Source: Vicinamibacteria bacterium (lineage in GTDB: Bacteria > Acidobacteriota > Vicinamibacteria > Fen-336 > JAGNNV01). Taken from it: a stretch of DNA of 64,000 bases. Below the pieces are notes generated by a model, which worked only from the letters and a program-made list of their open reading frames with translations, made no database searches and was not told where the DNA came from. The stretch spans positions 5,425 to 69,424 of the forward strand of contig JANODX010000034.1 of the NCBI GenBank assembly GCA_031412915.1. The letters run 5' to 3'. Positions 17,883 through 27,270 of the stretch are shown one piece after another; position 1 is the stretch's first letter; every line of letters begins with the position of its first letter. The translations under genes and the position numbers were made by a program.

Positions 17883-18451
17883 GCGCTCACCTCGCCCATG
17901 GCCGTTTTCAGTCGGGCCAGCGCACGACTGAGCGAACTCTTCACCGTGCCCGGACGAACCCCGAGGGTCGAGGCGATTTCGCCGAGCGAAAGATCCGAGA
18001 AGTGGCGCAGGATCACCACCGCGCGCTGCCTTTCATTGAGGGAGAGGAGTCCGCGCTCCAGGAAGCGGCGCGAGTCCTCGGTGTGGAGATGGTCGAGCGG
18101 TCCGGACTCGGCCCGGGCCGGAATATCCTGAAGGTCTTCGCTCTCGACCCCCACCTCATGGTGGCCTCGGCGCTTCTTCTGACGGTACCGGTCGATGGCG
18201 GCGTTGATGGCCACCCGGGTGAGCCAGGCCCCGACCTCGGCCCGGGAATCGATGCGGGCCGATTGCTGAAAGAGTTTGACGAAAGTGTCCTGAACGACCT
18301 CGAGAGCATCCTCGGAGTTTCGCAGGTAGCCGTAGGCGACCCCGTACAGCCGGCGCTCGTGCCGGGCCATGAGGGGAGCAAGGGCCGCCTCCTCACCCGC
18401 CGAGAGTCGGGCGAGCAGATCGGAATCGGCGATTCCCTCCCATGGCTCCAC
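17879..18451 (-). CDS. ECF-type RNA polymerase sigma-70 factor
   Basis: Region 2 (RLYGVAYGYLRNSEDALEVVQDTFVKL...WLTRVAINAAIDRYR) and region 4 (LNERQRAVVILRHFSDLSLGEIASTLGVRPGTVKSSLSRA). Confidence 0.9.
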   Translation of the reverse strand: MEPWEGIADSDLLARLSAGEEAALAPLMARHERRLYGVAYGYLRNSEDALEVVQDTFVKLFQQSARIDSRAEVGAWLTRVAINAAIDRYRQKKRRGHHEVGVESEDLQDIPARAESGPLDHLHTEDSRRFLERGLLSLNERQRAVVILRHFSDLSLGEIASTLGVRPGTVKSSLSRALARLKTAMGEVSA

Positions 18452-18472
18452 AAGAAGCGATCTTCGGCGACC

Positions 18473-18895
18473 TCAGCGCAGATAGACAAAGACACGTTCG
18501 CCGTCGTCCTCGGTGACCTCGACCAGCGGCCCCAGGGGCAGTTTTTCGAGATCTCTTCCGCTGAACTTTCGCAGGCGGCGCCGCGCCTCCGAGCAGCCGG
18601 GGTGGGATGAACCGCAGACGTCGTCGTCGAAGCCCAGATCCCAGTCGAACTCGGCATCGCGGGTCAGCCGCTTGACCAGGCCTAGAGGGATTTCGACCCG
18701 GACCAGCTTGCGTTCGTCGGCGTCGTAGACGAGGACGCGAAGCTCCCGGGCCGGCCCGTCCTGGCCGGCCACCGCGCGGGCGCTCCGCATCGCCTCTTCG
18801 AAATAGCGATCGGGATTCGAGACGTGGCTGATGTTCACCAGGCAGCCCGCGCTCGTCACGGCGGCGGCGAGGATGACCGTAAGTTTCTTTCGCAT
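18473..18895 (-). CDS. Small lipoprotein of unknown function, first gene of the ECF sigma module
   Basis: Signal peptide with lipobox (LAAAVTSAG-C). The C-terminus LVEVTEDDGERVFVYLR resembles the C-terminus of the 292-aa protein at 16210-17088. Confidence 0.6.
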   Translation of the reverse strand: MRKKLTVILAAAVTSAGCLVNISHVSNPDRYFEEAMRSARAVAGQDGPARELRVLVYDADERKLVRVEIPLGLVKRLTRDAEFDWDLGFDDDVCGSSHPGCSEARRRLRKFSGRDLEKLPLGPLVEVTEDDGERVFVYLR

Positions 18896-18987
18896 GGAAC
18901 TTTTTCTCCTGAAGGGGACGCTCTCAGGTGTGGTAACGCCCCGCCGGGGAGAAAGGTTCCGGTTCGGCAGGGGATAATGAGCCCATC

Positions 18988-19653
18988 ATGGCAGAAGGCT
19001 TGGGTTTCTCCGGGATCGATTTCTCCGGAAAAGACGCGTGGCGCATGTTCAAGATCATGTCCGAGTTCGTCGACGGCATCGACGAGCTGCAGGACATCAA
19101 CCGGGGGGTCGCGGTGTTCGGATCGGCGCGATCCAAAGAAGGGAGCGAAGACTATGAGGGGGCCCGGGCCATGGGGTTCGCCCTCGCCAAGGCCGGTTAC
19201 GACGTCATCACGGGCGGCGGCGGCGGCGACATGGAGGCGGCCAACCGCGGAGCCAGCGAGGGCGGCGGACACTCCGTCGGTCTGTGCATCCAGCTGCCGC
19301 GCGAGGAAAAACCGAATCCGTACCTGACCCACACCGTGTCCTTCAAGTATTTCTTCGTCCGCAAAGTGATGTTCGTCAAACACAGCCGCGCCTTCGTGGT
19401 GATGCCGGGGGGGTTTGGGACGCTGGACGAGCTCTTCGAAGCCGTCACCCTCGTACAAACGAAGAGAATCAAGTCCTTCCCCATCATCCTGGCCGGGGAT
19501 CGGGCGCACTGGCAGGGGCTGCTGGACTGGATTCAGAACTCCCTGGTCGCGCGTGGCAAAGTGGGGGTGGACGATGCCAGGATCCTGCAGGTCGCGGAAA
19601 CGCCGGAAGCGGTGCTGGAGATCCTGAAGAGAAACCAGGTGGGGGGCGTGTGA
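18988..19653 (+). CDS. LOG family protein (TIGR00730; nucleotide 5'-monophosphate nucleosidase / cytokinin riboside 5'-monophosphate phosphoribohydrolase-like)
   Basis: VAVFGSAR...GGGGGDMEAANRGA...PGGFGTLDELFE signature. Confidence 0.9.
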   Translation: MAEGLGFSGIDFSGKDAWRMFKIMSEFVDGIDELQDINRGVAVFGSARSKEGSEDYEGARAMGFALAKAGYDVITGGGGGDMEAANRGASEGGGHSVGLCIQLPREEKPNPYLTHTVSFKYFFVRKVMFVKHSRAFVVMPGGFGTLDELFEAVTLVQTKRIKSFPIILAGDRAHWQGLLDWIQNSLVARGKVGVDDARILQVAETPEAVLEILKRNQVGGV

Positions 19654-20672
19654 TGAGCGGAGTGCGAAACGGAACCTTGATCGCGGGCGACGGCATCGGC
19701 CCGGAAGTGGTGGCGGCCACCGTTCGCGTCCTCGAGGCCACCGGCGTTGTGATCAGGTGGGATGCCCAGATGGCCGGCGCCATGGCCATCGCCACCCTGG
19801 GCACGCCCCTCCCCCAGAAAACCCTCGACTCCATTCGCAGGAACGGTCTCGCCTTGAAGGGTCCCACCACCACACCGGTGGGCGGCGGTCATGCCTCCAT
19901 CAATGTAGCCCTGCGCAAGGCCCTCAATTTGTACGCCAATGTGCGCCCCACCAAGACCATGCCCGGAGTGAAGAGCCGGTACGACCACGTCGATCTGGTC
20001 ATCGTTCGGGAGAACACCGAGGATCTGTACTCGGGCCTGGAGCACGTCGTGGTTCCAGGTGTGGTCGAATCGATCAAGGTCATCACCGAGAAGGCCTCCA
20101 CGAGGATCGCCAAGTTCGCCTTCAACTACGCTCGGGTGAACGGTCGGAAACGGATCACCGCCGTCCACAAAGCCAACATCATGAAGCTTTCGGACGGCCT
20201 CTTCCTCGACTGCTGCGCGAAGGTGGCCGCGGATTTCCCGGACATCAAGTACGACGACATCATCGTGGACAATTGCTGCATGCAGCTGGTGCTCGACCCC
20301 ACCCGTTTCGACATGCTGCTGCTCGAGAATCTCTACGGCGACATCGTGTCCGACCTGTGCGCCGGTCTGGTGGGCGGGCTGGGCCTCGCTCCCGGCGCCA
20401 ATATCGGAGAGAAGGGCGCCACCTTCGAAGCGGTCCACGGAAGCGCTCCCGATATCGCGGGAAAGAACATCGCGAACCCCATCGCTCTCATTCTCTCGGG
20501 CGCCATGCTGCTCGACTACATCGGAGAGAACGCCGCCGGCAACCGCGTGCGGAGCGCGGTCATGGCGGTGTTGAAGGAAGGCAAGCATCTCCCTCGCGAT
20601 CTGGGAGGTACGGCGTCCACGAGCGAGGTCGAGGAGGCCATCGCCAAGCGCGTTTCGAGCCGGCGGTCTTGA
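19653..20672 (+). CDS. Isocitrate/isopropylmalate dehydrogenase family enzyme (NAD-IDH, IDH3-like)
   Basis: Start moved to ATG 19653 (TGATG overlap with the LOG stop). LIAGDGIGPEV, SINVALRKALNLYANVRP, VIVRENTEDLYSG and NLYGDIVSDL are present. Confidence 0.85.
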   Translation: MSGVRNGTLIAGDGIGPEVVAATVRVLEATGVVIRWDAQMAGAMAIATLGTPLPQKTLDSIRRNGLALKGPTTTPVGGGHASINVALRKALNLYANVRPTKTMPGVKSRYDHVDLVIVRENTEDLYSGLEHVVVPGVVESIKVITEKASTRIAKFAFNYARVNGRKRITAVHKANIMKLSDGLFLDCCAKVAADFPDIKYDDIIVDNCCMQLVLDPTRFDMLLLENLYGDIVSDLCAGLVGGLGLAPGANIGEKGATFEAVHGSAPDIAGKNIANPIALILSGAMLLDYIGENAAGNRVRSAVMAVLKEGKHLPRDLGGTASTSEVEEAIAKRVSSRRS

Positions 20673-21496
20673 GGGGGGCGCGGGCGAGTTCGATCGCCGC
20701 CCTCCTCTCCGTCGTCGGCGCGACCGTGGGCGCGGCCCGAGAAGAGACTCCGCTTCCGGAAGGGAACGCCTACGTAAGGGGCATTCTGGCCGGCCCGCGG
20801 CCTCAGGACACCGCCATCAACGACTACTCCTACGATGTGGAGGAGGTGCGGGAGAACCTGGACGCGAGCGGCCACCCGACCTCGCGCGAGACGCGTGGCT
20901 ACGAGGTCTATTTCGTCCAAACGCGACCGGTCAAGCGCCTCGTCTCAAGGGACGGCACGCCGCTCAGCGCCAAGGAGCAGGCCGAGGTGGATCGAAGAGC
21001 GGAGGCACAAGCCCGGGCGATCGCGGAGGGACGGACGGTGAGCGAGCAGCCCGGAATCCGTTTGAAGACGCTCCTCGATTCATTCGATTTCAAGACGGCC
21101 GGGCGAGAAATGCGGGCGGGACGAAAGACGCTCGTCTTCAACTTCGAGCCCAGGAAAGGCGCGCAGCATCCATCCTCCGATCGCGCAGCCGGCGCGATCG
21201 CGCGCATCCTGGCCGGGCGCCTGCACATCGACGAGGAAGATCGACGCGTGGCCGTGCTCGATGCCCGGAGCGCGCCGGGTGAGAAGGCGAGTGTCTCGAC
21301 GGGTGTGAAGGTCGCAGCCTTCGAGTTGCGGATGGATTACACGGCGGTCGACGAGCATGCCTGGCTCCCGCGGAGGGTCGCGATCCTGACCGTCGGCCGC
21401 GCCTTTGTGTTCAAGACGTTCCGGATTCGGCGCACCACGACCTACTCGAACTACCGCCGCTTTCGTGTGACCACCGATGAGAGGCCGATCGGGTAG
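20669..21496 (+). CDS. Secreted hypothetical protein
   Basis: Only the last 275 codons of track ORF 19757..21496 lie outside the IDH gene. A TTG at 20669 overlaps the IDH stop (TTGA) and yields a signal-peptide-like MRGARASSIAALLSVVGATVGAA. Confidence 0.5.
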   Translation: MRGARASSIAALLSVVGATVGAAREETPLPEGNAYVRGILAGPRPQDTAINDYSYDVEEVRENLDASGHPTSRETRGYEVYFVQTRPVKRLVSRDGTPLSAKEQAEVDRRAEAQARAIAEGRTVSEQPGIRLKTLLDSFDFKTAGREMRAGRKTLVFNFEPRKGAQHPSSDRAAGAIARILAGRLHIDEEDRRVAVLDARSAPGEKASVSTGVKVAAFELRMDYTAVDEHAWLPRRVAILTVGRAFVFKTFRIRRTTTYSNYRRFRVTTDERPIG

Positions 21497-21533
21497 CTGA
21501 AGGGGATCGAAGCGACCGCTGGGGCCTGGCAGC

Positions 21534-21724
21534 TGTGGCCCGCGAGGCTGGGCGAGGAGGGAGCTTGCCGCGCCGGGGACGGCGGGTGCGTCACACTGGG
21601 CGCGCCACGCCGGAATCGTGTGTTCCTTACCCGCCTCGGATCGGCGAAAGGGACGCCCACAGACGGAGCGACTCGCCTCTACGCCCCGACGCGTGCAAGC
21701 ACCCTCCCCGCCCAGCCTCGCTCC
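21534..21724. repeat. Left copy of a ~191-bp inverted repeat
   Basis: Aligns by eye with only scattered mismatches and 1-nt indels to the reverse complement of 22566-22757. Shared blocks include GTGGCCCGCGAGGC, GGGGACGGCGGGTGCGTCACACTGGG, CCTTACCCGCCTCGG, CGGCGAAAGGGACGCCC and GGAGCGACTCGCCTCTACGCCCCGACGCGTGCAAGC. Confidence 0.85.
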
Positions 21725-22116
21725 AGGGTCGCCCGAAGACACCTCACACTCTCGGGAGGCGAGAGCAACGGCCGGCACGCCAAGAGAGCCGTCCCAGCTT
21801 CAGCCGCTTCTTCTGCTCGCGCCACTGCTCAACATTCCCTGGGGTCATGAACTCCTCGTGGGCGCGGCGGGCCGACTTCCTCGCCGCCTGGTGATCCTTC
21901 ATGGCACGCAGGTTCTCTCCGGCCCAAGAGCCAGCGAGCAGAGCCTCGATCTCGTTGTTCAGAAAGGGAATGCCACTCCACAAATCAACGAGCAAGCACC
22001 GTACTGCACCCTTGAAGGTCCTGAGACCGGAGTCGTCCGGCGCTATGACAGCAAGGGCGGTGGCCACCTCATCGGCTCAGTCAGATGAGGAGGCCCCGGC
22101 GTCCGCCGAGCCTGCG

Positions 22117-22275
22117 AGGCCTCTCGACGTATACCGCCCGTGGGCGGAACTTCTCGCTCGCACCTTCGCGGTGGACGTTCTCTCACCTGCCCATCCTGCC
22201 CAGGGGCGTATGAGCTGCTCGCGATGTCAAGGAGCCCGCGAACTCTCGGGCGGGCACGGCGCGGAGCAACCCGCG
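22117..22275 (+). pseudogene. Decayed C-terminal fragment of an IS91-family (Y2) transposase
   Basis: YRPWAELLARTFAVDVLS in one frame continues as CPSCPG..ELLAMSRSPRTLGR in another. This resembles the conserved W-AELL-RVF-DVL-CP-CGG-M tail of IS91-family transposases. It is frameshifted and has no N-terminal catalytic part. Confidence 0.4.
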
Positions 22276-22565
22276 GGGCGGCGCGCTTGCCCAGCGCGTG
22301 CGGTCGAGGTGACGAAACCTCTTCGAAGCGTGAACCAACGGGCCTGCCAGGAGCGTGGTTGCGGTTCCGAGCGCCTGGCCAAGGCGTCACAAACGAACCG
22401 CCAAGGCACGACTTGAAGCGCGAACTCCGCTTGTTTACCTACGATCTGAGAGGGGATCACGGCAAGAACTTCCCTGCCTGAAGCAAGGGGCGGTGTTCGG
22501 AAGGAGCAAGGGGTTCATCGCGCTTCGGCTGGAGTGTCTTCTGATACGGTTGTTCGAACGAGTAC

Positions 22566-22757
22566 GGAGCGAGGCCGGCTGGGGAGAAGGCTTGCACGCG
22601 TCGGGGCGTAGAGGCGAGTCGCTCCATCGGAGGGCGTCCCTTTCGCCGAACCGAGGCGGGTAAGGAGCACACGATTCCAGCGTGACGCGTCCCAGTGTGA
22701 CGCACCCGCCGTCCCCGCTGCGGCAAGCCTCCTCCCCACCCGGCCTCGCGGGCCACA
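22566..22757. repeat. Right (inverted) copy of the ~191-bp repeat
   Basis: Reverse complement matches 21534-21724; see the left copy. Confidence 0.85.
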
Positions 22758-22836
22758 ACAATAGTGGTTGAAGCCTCGGTTCGGTCGGTGCTGCCTTCGT
22801 TCGCTTTGGGCGGGCGGGATGCCCGCGGTCTCAGGA

Positions 22837-23886
22837 TCAGGCCGCGCGAGGAAAGCCGCGATTCGAGAGCAGGGCGAATCCGATCAGCTTGTAGAGAGCG
22901 CGCGCGGCGACGTTTCCATCCCATTCGGAAACGCCGGTGGGATCGGGGGCCACTTCGACGAGGTCGAACCCGACAATCGTCCGACCACTTTCGACCAGGG
23001 TTCGCAGGAGCGCCACCATCTCGGCAAATGACAGGCCTCCCGGGACCGGGGTCCCGGTGTTGGGGCACAAGGTCGGATCGAGACCGTCGATGTCGAAGGA
23101 GACATAGTTGATCTCGGGCAACTCCGCCACGATGCGATTGCAGATCCGCCGCCACGTCCCCCCATCGAAGAGTTCGCGGCGAACATCGGATTCGAAGAAG
23201 GTCTTGATTCGTCCCGCGCTGTCCTGGATGGCGTCGTCTTCCTGCTCGCAATAGTCCCGAACTCCCACCTGCACCAGTTTCGAAACCGCAGGGACTTCGC
23301 GCATGACGTTGTTCATTATCGATGCATGAGAGAACGTAAAGCCCTCGTACGCCACCCTCAGGTCGGCGTGAGCGTCGATGTGGAGGATGCCGAGGCCGGG
23401 GTATTTGTCCGCGATCGCGGTTATGGCGCCAAGGGGTACCGAGTGATCGCCCCCCACGATGCCCACGATCTTCTCGCATTGAAGCCAGGCGCGGGTTTCG
23501 TTGGCCACCCATCCGTTGAGCAACCGGCCCAGATCGTTGACGCGCTCGAGGTTCTGGGCGAGCTCCGGATCGTCTTTCGTCCAGCCCTTCTCGATTATGG
23601 TGTTGGCCAGCGACTTCGCTTCCTCGCTCCAGGCGCGCACCGTCTCGGAAATCGGAAGCATGGCGATTCCGGACTCGTAGGGTTTCCCGGTGTCTCGATC
23701 GAGGAGATCCACCTGACCGCTCGCCCGGAGGATGGCGGACGGGCCATCCCCGGTTCCCGACCCGTACGAGACGGTCGCCTCCCAGGGCACGGGGATAAGG
23801 ACGACCCTCGAGTCCTCCGGGGTGTGAGGCAGGCCGAAGATGCCGTCGGCACTGGCGGGCGCGTTCGGGTCGAACGAAGCAGTCAT
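22837..23886 (-). CDS. Ureohydrolase family protein (agmatinase/arginase/formimidoylglutamase type)
   Basis: Mn-binding motifs GGDHSV, LHIDAHADL and SFDIDGLDP. ATG 23886 is preferred over the TTG one codon upstream. Confidence 0.85.
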   Translation of the reverse strand: MTASFDPNAPASADGIFGLPHTPEDSRVVLIPVPWEATVSYGSGTGDGPSAILRASGQVDLLDRDTGKPYESGIAMLPISETVRAWSEEAKSLANTIIEKGWTKDDPELAQNLERVNDLGRLLNGWVANETRAWLQCEKIVGIVGGDHSVPLGAITAIADKYPGLGILHIDAHADLRVAYEGFTFSHASIMNNVMREVPAVSKLVQVGVRDYCEQEDDAIQDSAGRIKTFFESDVRRELFDGGTWRRICNRIVAELPEINYVSFDIDGLDPTLCPNTGTPVPGGLSFAEMVALLRTLVESGRTIVGFDLVEVAPDPTGVSEWDGNVAARALYKLIGFALLSNRGFPRAA

Positions 23887-23946
23887 CAAGGGTCAGAAGC
23901 TAGCACACCGATTGGCCCTCGTTTCCAGGATGGGAGAATACGTCCG

Positions 23947-24882
23947 GTGAGCCAAGAGCAGTCTGGAACGATCACGGCTGAAGCCCCGCCATCGGTCGGG
24001 AATGTGGCCACGGGCTTCGACATCCTGGGCCACACCATCGAGGGCCCGCGGGATCGGATTTCCGTGCGCAGAACCTCGGAAACAGGGGTACGTCTTCGTT
24101 CCGTCACAGGCGTGGTCGTGGACCTGCCGGCAGACCCCATGCGAAACACGGCCCTGCGGGCCCTTGAGGCCCTAAGAACTGAGCTTCGACTCTCCTTCGG
24201 TTTCGAGGTCGAAATGGTCAAGGGAATCCCCCTCGGTTCCGGAATGGGGGGTTCGGCGGCCTCCGCGGTGGCTGCTCTCGTCGCCGCGAACGGCCTCCTT
24301 GATGCTCCTCTCTCCTCTCTGGAACTCTACCCCTTCGCGTTGGAGGGGGAAGCAGCGGCGAGTGGCGGGCGCCACGGAGACAACGTCGGTCCCATGCTGC
24401 TCGGAGGCTTGACCCTCGCCACCAGGGATTGCCTGATCCGGCTCCCGGTTCCAGAAGGCTTGACCTGCGTCCTTGTCCATCCCCATTTCGTGCTCGAAAC
24501 CCGGCGCGCCCGGGAGGCGCTGGCCATGCCCTACTCTATTTCCGAGTTCGTTCCACAAAGCGCCGGGCTCGCCCGTCTGCTGGTGGGCCTGTTCACCAAG
24601 GATCTCGACTCCATTCGCGTCGGCCTCCAGGATGTCCTGGTCGAACCCCGCCGGGCGCATCTCGTCCCGGGCTTCGGTGAGGTCAAAAGGGCGGCCCTGG
24701 ACGCGGGCGCCCTCGGCGCTTCGATCTCCGGAGGAGGGCCCAGTGTCTTTGCCTGGTTTCACGATCGCCAGACCGCGGAGGCCTCAACCGCACTCATGCA
24801 GGCGGCCTTCGCGGGAGCCGGTTGCGAATCCGATGTTTTCGTCTCTCCCGTGGACGGCCCCAGGGCCCGCATCGTTTCATGA
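23947..24882 (+). CDS. thrB: Homoserine kinase (GHMP kinase)
   Basis: Start placed at GTG 23947, so the N-terminus ITAEAPPSVGNVATGFDILG aligns with ThrB VYAPASSANMSVGFDVLG. GHMP motif IPLGSGMGGSAASAVA. ATGA overlap with thrC. Confidence 0.85.
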   Translation: MSQEQSGTITAEAPPSVGNVATGFDILGHTIEGPRDRISVRRTSETGVRLRSVTGVVVDLPADPMRNTALRALEALRTELRLSFGFEVEMVKGIPLGSGMGGSAASAVAALVAANGLLDAPLSSLELYPFALEGEAAASGGRHGDNVGPMLLGGLTLATRDCLIRLPVPEGLTCVLVHPHFVLETRRAREALAMPYSISEFVPQSAGLARLLVGLFTKDLDSIRVGLQDVLVEPRRAHLVPGFGEVKRAALDAGALGASISGGGPSVFAWFHDRQTAEASTALMQAAFAGAGCESDVFVSPVDGPRARIVS

Positions 24883-26177
24883 AGTTCGTCAGCACGGGTG
24901 GCCGGACGACTGCGGTCGATCTGCAGTCGGCACTTCTGGCCGGGCTCGCTCCGGACGGAGGTCTCTTCTTTCCCGAGTCGATCGAGCCCCAGTCCATAGA
25001 GACGTTCGAAGGGTGCCTCACCCTGCCGCAGGTCGCGCGGGTTTTTCTGACCCCGTTCTTCGCCTCCGACCCGCTGCTCGCGGACCTCCGGGCAATCTGC
25101 GAGGAGAGTCTCGACATCGAAACACCCCTTGAGCCTCTGGCCGAAGACGCCTTTCTGCTTGAACTCTTCCACGGTCCGACCGCGGCTTTCAAGGACTACG
25201 GCGCCCGATTCCTCGCCGGCACACTGTCCCTCATGCGAAAGAAAGACAAGGCGGAAAAACCGCTCACCATTCTGGTCGCCACCTCGGGGGACACGGGCAG
25301 CGCGGTCGCGGCCGCGTTCCACCTCCGGCCGGGGTTCCGGGTCGTGATCTTGTACCCGGAGGCCGGTGTCTCGAAACGCCAGGCGCACCAGCTCGGATGC
25401 TTCGGCGACAACATTCTGGCCCTGCGCGTGCCTTCGGGCTTCGACCAGTGCCAGGCCCTGGTAAAGCAGGCGTTTTCCGATCACGTTTTGCGTAATCGAG
25501 TTCCGCTTTCCTCCGCCAACAGCATCAGCCTGGGTCGGCTGCTGCCCCAGGCGACCTACTACGCGTTCGCGGCGCTCAAGCATTTTCGAGAAAGCGGAAA
25601 ACCGCTTTCCTTCATCGTGCCGACCGGAAACCTGGGCAACGCGGTCGCCGCCTTGATGGCGGGTAAGGCCGGTCTGCCCCTGGGCCGAGTCCTCTTCGCC
25701 ACGAACCGCAATCTCACCGTACCGGAGTTCATCGCGACGGGGGACTATCGGGCGCGGAAAAGCGTCAGCACGCTGGCCAACGCCATGGACGTCGGCGATC
25801 CGTCGAACGTGGCCCGGCTGCGCTTTCTGATGGAGAAGGATCCGACCCTGCGCTCCGAGCTGGCCGCGCATCCGGTCGACGATGAGACGATCCAAGCCCG
25901 CATTCGCGAGGGGGAGACCGAGTACGGGAAGGTCTTCTGCCCACACACCGCCTGCGGGATCGAGATGCTGGAGCGCGAGCGCCGCCTCGGCTCGACCGAG
26001 TCTTTCTGTGTGGTCGCAACCGCCCATCCCGCGAAGTTCGATGACGTGGTCGAACCGCTCGTCGGCCACGCGGTCGAGCCCCCGCCCGCCCTTCGAGCCA
26101 TGCTCGCGAGGGGCTCGAGAAGCGAGTTTCTGGAGCCCGACTACGGAAGTCTGAAGAACCGTCTGCTTCGCTTGTAG
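24879..26177 (+). CDS. thrC: Threonine synthase
   Basis: Start moved to ATG 24879. LFHGPTAAFKDYG (PLP lysine) and ATSGDTGSA are present. Confidence 0.9.
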   Translation: MKFVSTGGRTTAVDLQSALLAGLAPDGGLFFPESIEPQSIETFEGCLTLPQVARVFLTPFFASDPLLADLRAICEESLDIETPLEPLAEDAFLLELFHGPTAAFKDYGARFLAGTLSLMRKKDKAEKPLTILVATSGDTGSAVAAAFHLRPGFRVVILYPEAGVSKRQAHQLGCFGDNILALRVPSGFDQCQALVKQAFSDHVLRNRVPLSSANSISLGRLLPQATYYAFAALKHFRESGKPLSFIVPTGNLGNAVAALMAGKAGLPLGRVLFATNRNLTVPEFIATGDYRARKSVSTLANAMDVGDPSNVARLRFLMEKDPTLRSELAAHPVDDETIQARIREGETEYGKVFCPHTACGIEMLERERRLGSTESFCVVATAHPAKFDDVVEPLVGHAVEPPPALRAMLARGSRSEFLEPDYGSLKNRLLRL

Positions 26178-26190
26178 GATCGGCGGGAAG

Positions 26191-27270
26191 ATGAACCGCG
26201 AGCGCCTGGTGTCGGTCGATGCCTTCCGTGGAGGCACGGTCGCGGCCATGATCCTCGTGAACAATCCCGGCGACTGGAGCCATATCTACTGGCCCTTGGA
26301 GCACGCTCCCTGGAACGGCTGGACCCCCACCGACCTCATCTTTCCCTTCTTTCTCTTTCTGGTGGGCGCGTCCCTGGCGTTTTCGTCCCGTGATACGACC
26401 CGGGCCGCCGCCCTCCGCGCGCTGAAGATCTTCGGTCTCGGTTTCTTCATGGCCTTCTATCCGCGCTTCGACATCTTCACCGTCCGCATTCCCGGCGTGC
26501 TGCCCCGAATCGCCCTGTGCTACTTCGCGGCCTTTCTGATCAAGAAACACTTCGGCCCGCGAGTCGTCGCGGCCATCGCCGCGGCCTGCTGTCTTGGCTA
26601 CTGGTTCCTCATGACCGTCGTGCCTGTCCCCGGCGGCCTCGCCCCCAATCTCGAACCCGGGACGAATCTTGGGGCCTGGCTCGACCGACGACTTTTCGGT
26701 TCGCACTTGTGGGTCACGTCCAGGACCTGGGATCCCGAAGGGCTCCTGTCCTCGTTGCCGGCCCTCGGCACCACTCTCTTCGGCTATCTCGCGGGTTCCC
26801 TCTTCCGCTCGGGCTTGAGCGCGACCGAGATCATTCGCCGGCTGGCGCTCTCGGGCTTCGTCATGAGCGTCGCCGGGATCGCCTGGGACACGGTGTTCCC
26901 CATCAACAAGAGTCTGTGGACTTCCTCGTATGTGCTCTTCACGGCGGGAGCGGCGTCGCTCCTTCTGGCCGGGCTCTACTGGGGAGCGGACGTCAGGGGA
27001 TTCAAGGCGGGGTTGAAGCCGTTCGTGATCTATGGAGTCAACGCCATCGTGGTCTTCGTGGCTTCCGGCCTGCTCGCCAAGACGATGGCTCTCATCAAGG
27101 TCCCCCTCGGCGGAGTCATGGTGTCGTCGCAGGTTTTCCTGTATCGAACGCTCTTCCTCTCGTGGCTGGAGCCGATTAACGCCTCCCTGGGCTATGCCCT
27201 CGCCAACGTGGCCTTTTGGTACGGCGTGTTGAAGTGGATGGACGGGCGCGGGATCCACATCAAGGTATGA
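26191..27270 (+). CDS. Membrane acyltransferase-like protein, NagX/heparan-alpha-glucosaminide N-acetyltransferase-like (DUF1624/DUF5009)
   Basis: RLVSVDAFRGGTVAAMILVNNPGDW...W.GWTPTDLIFPFFLFLVG N-terminus; multi-TM. Confidence 0.7.
   Translation: MNRERLVSVDAFRGGTVAAMILVNNPGDWSHIYWPLEHAPWNGWTPTDLIFPFFLFLVGASLAFSSRDTTRAAALRALKIFGLGFFMAFYPRFDIFTVRIPGVLPRIALCYFAAFLIKKHFGPRVVAAIAAACCLGYWFLMTVVPVPGGLAPNLEPGTNLGAWLDRRLFGSHLWVTSRTWDPEGLLSSLPALGTTLFGYLAGSLFRSGLSATEIIRRLALSGFVMSVAGIAWDTVFPINKSLWTSSYVLFTAGAASLLLAGLYWGADVRGFKAGLKPFVIYGVNAIVVFVASGLLAKTMALIKVPLGGVMVSSQVFLYRTLFLSWLEPINASLGYALANVAFWYGVLKWMDGRGIHIKV

Noticed and set aside
19757-20668. N-terminal 304 codons of track ORF 19757..21496
   Set aside because: This part lies in an alternative frame of the IDH gene and reads as an Arg/Gly/His-rich shadow. 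Only the part after the IDH stop (from TTG 20669) looks like a real secreted protein.
21744-22067. 107-aa minus-strand ORF inside the inverted-repeat element
   Set aside because: Codon usage looks coding-like over ..LRAMKDHQAARKSARRAHEEFMTPGNVEQWREQKKRLK.. but I cannot assign any family. It sits in a region with other decayed fragments. I left it as part of the element finding rather than calling a gene.
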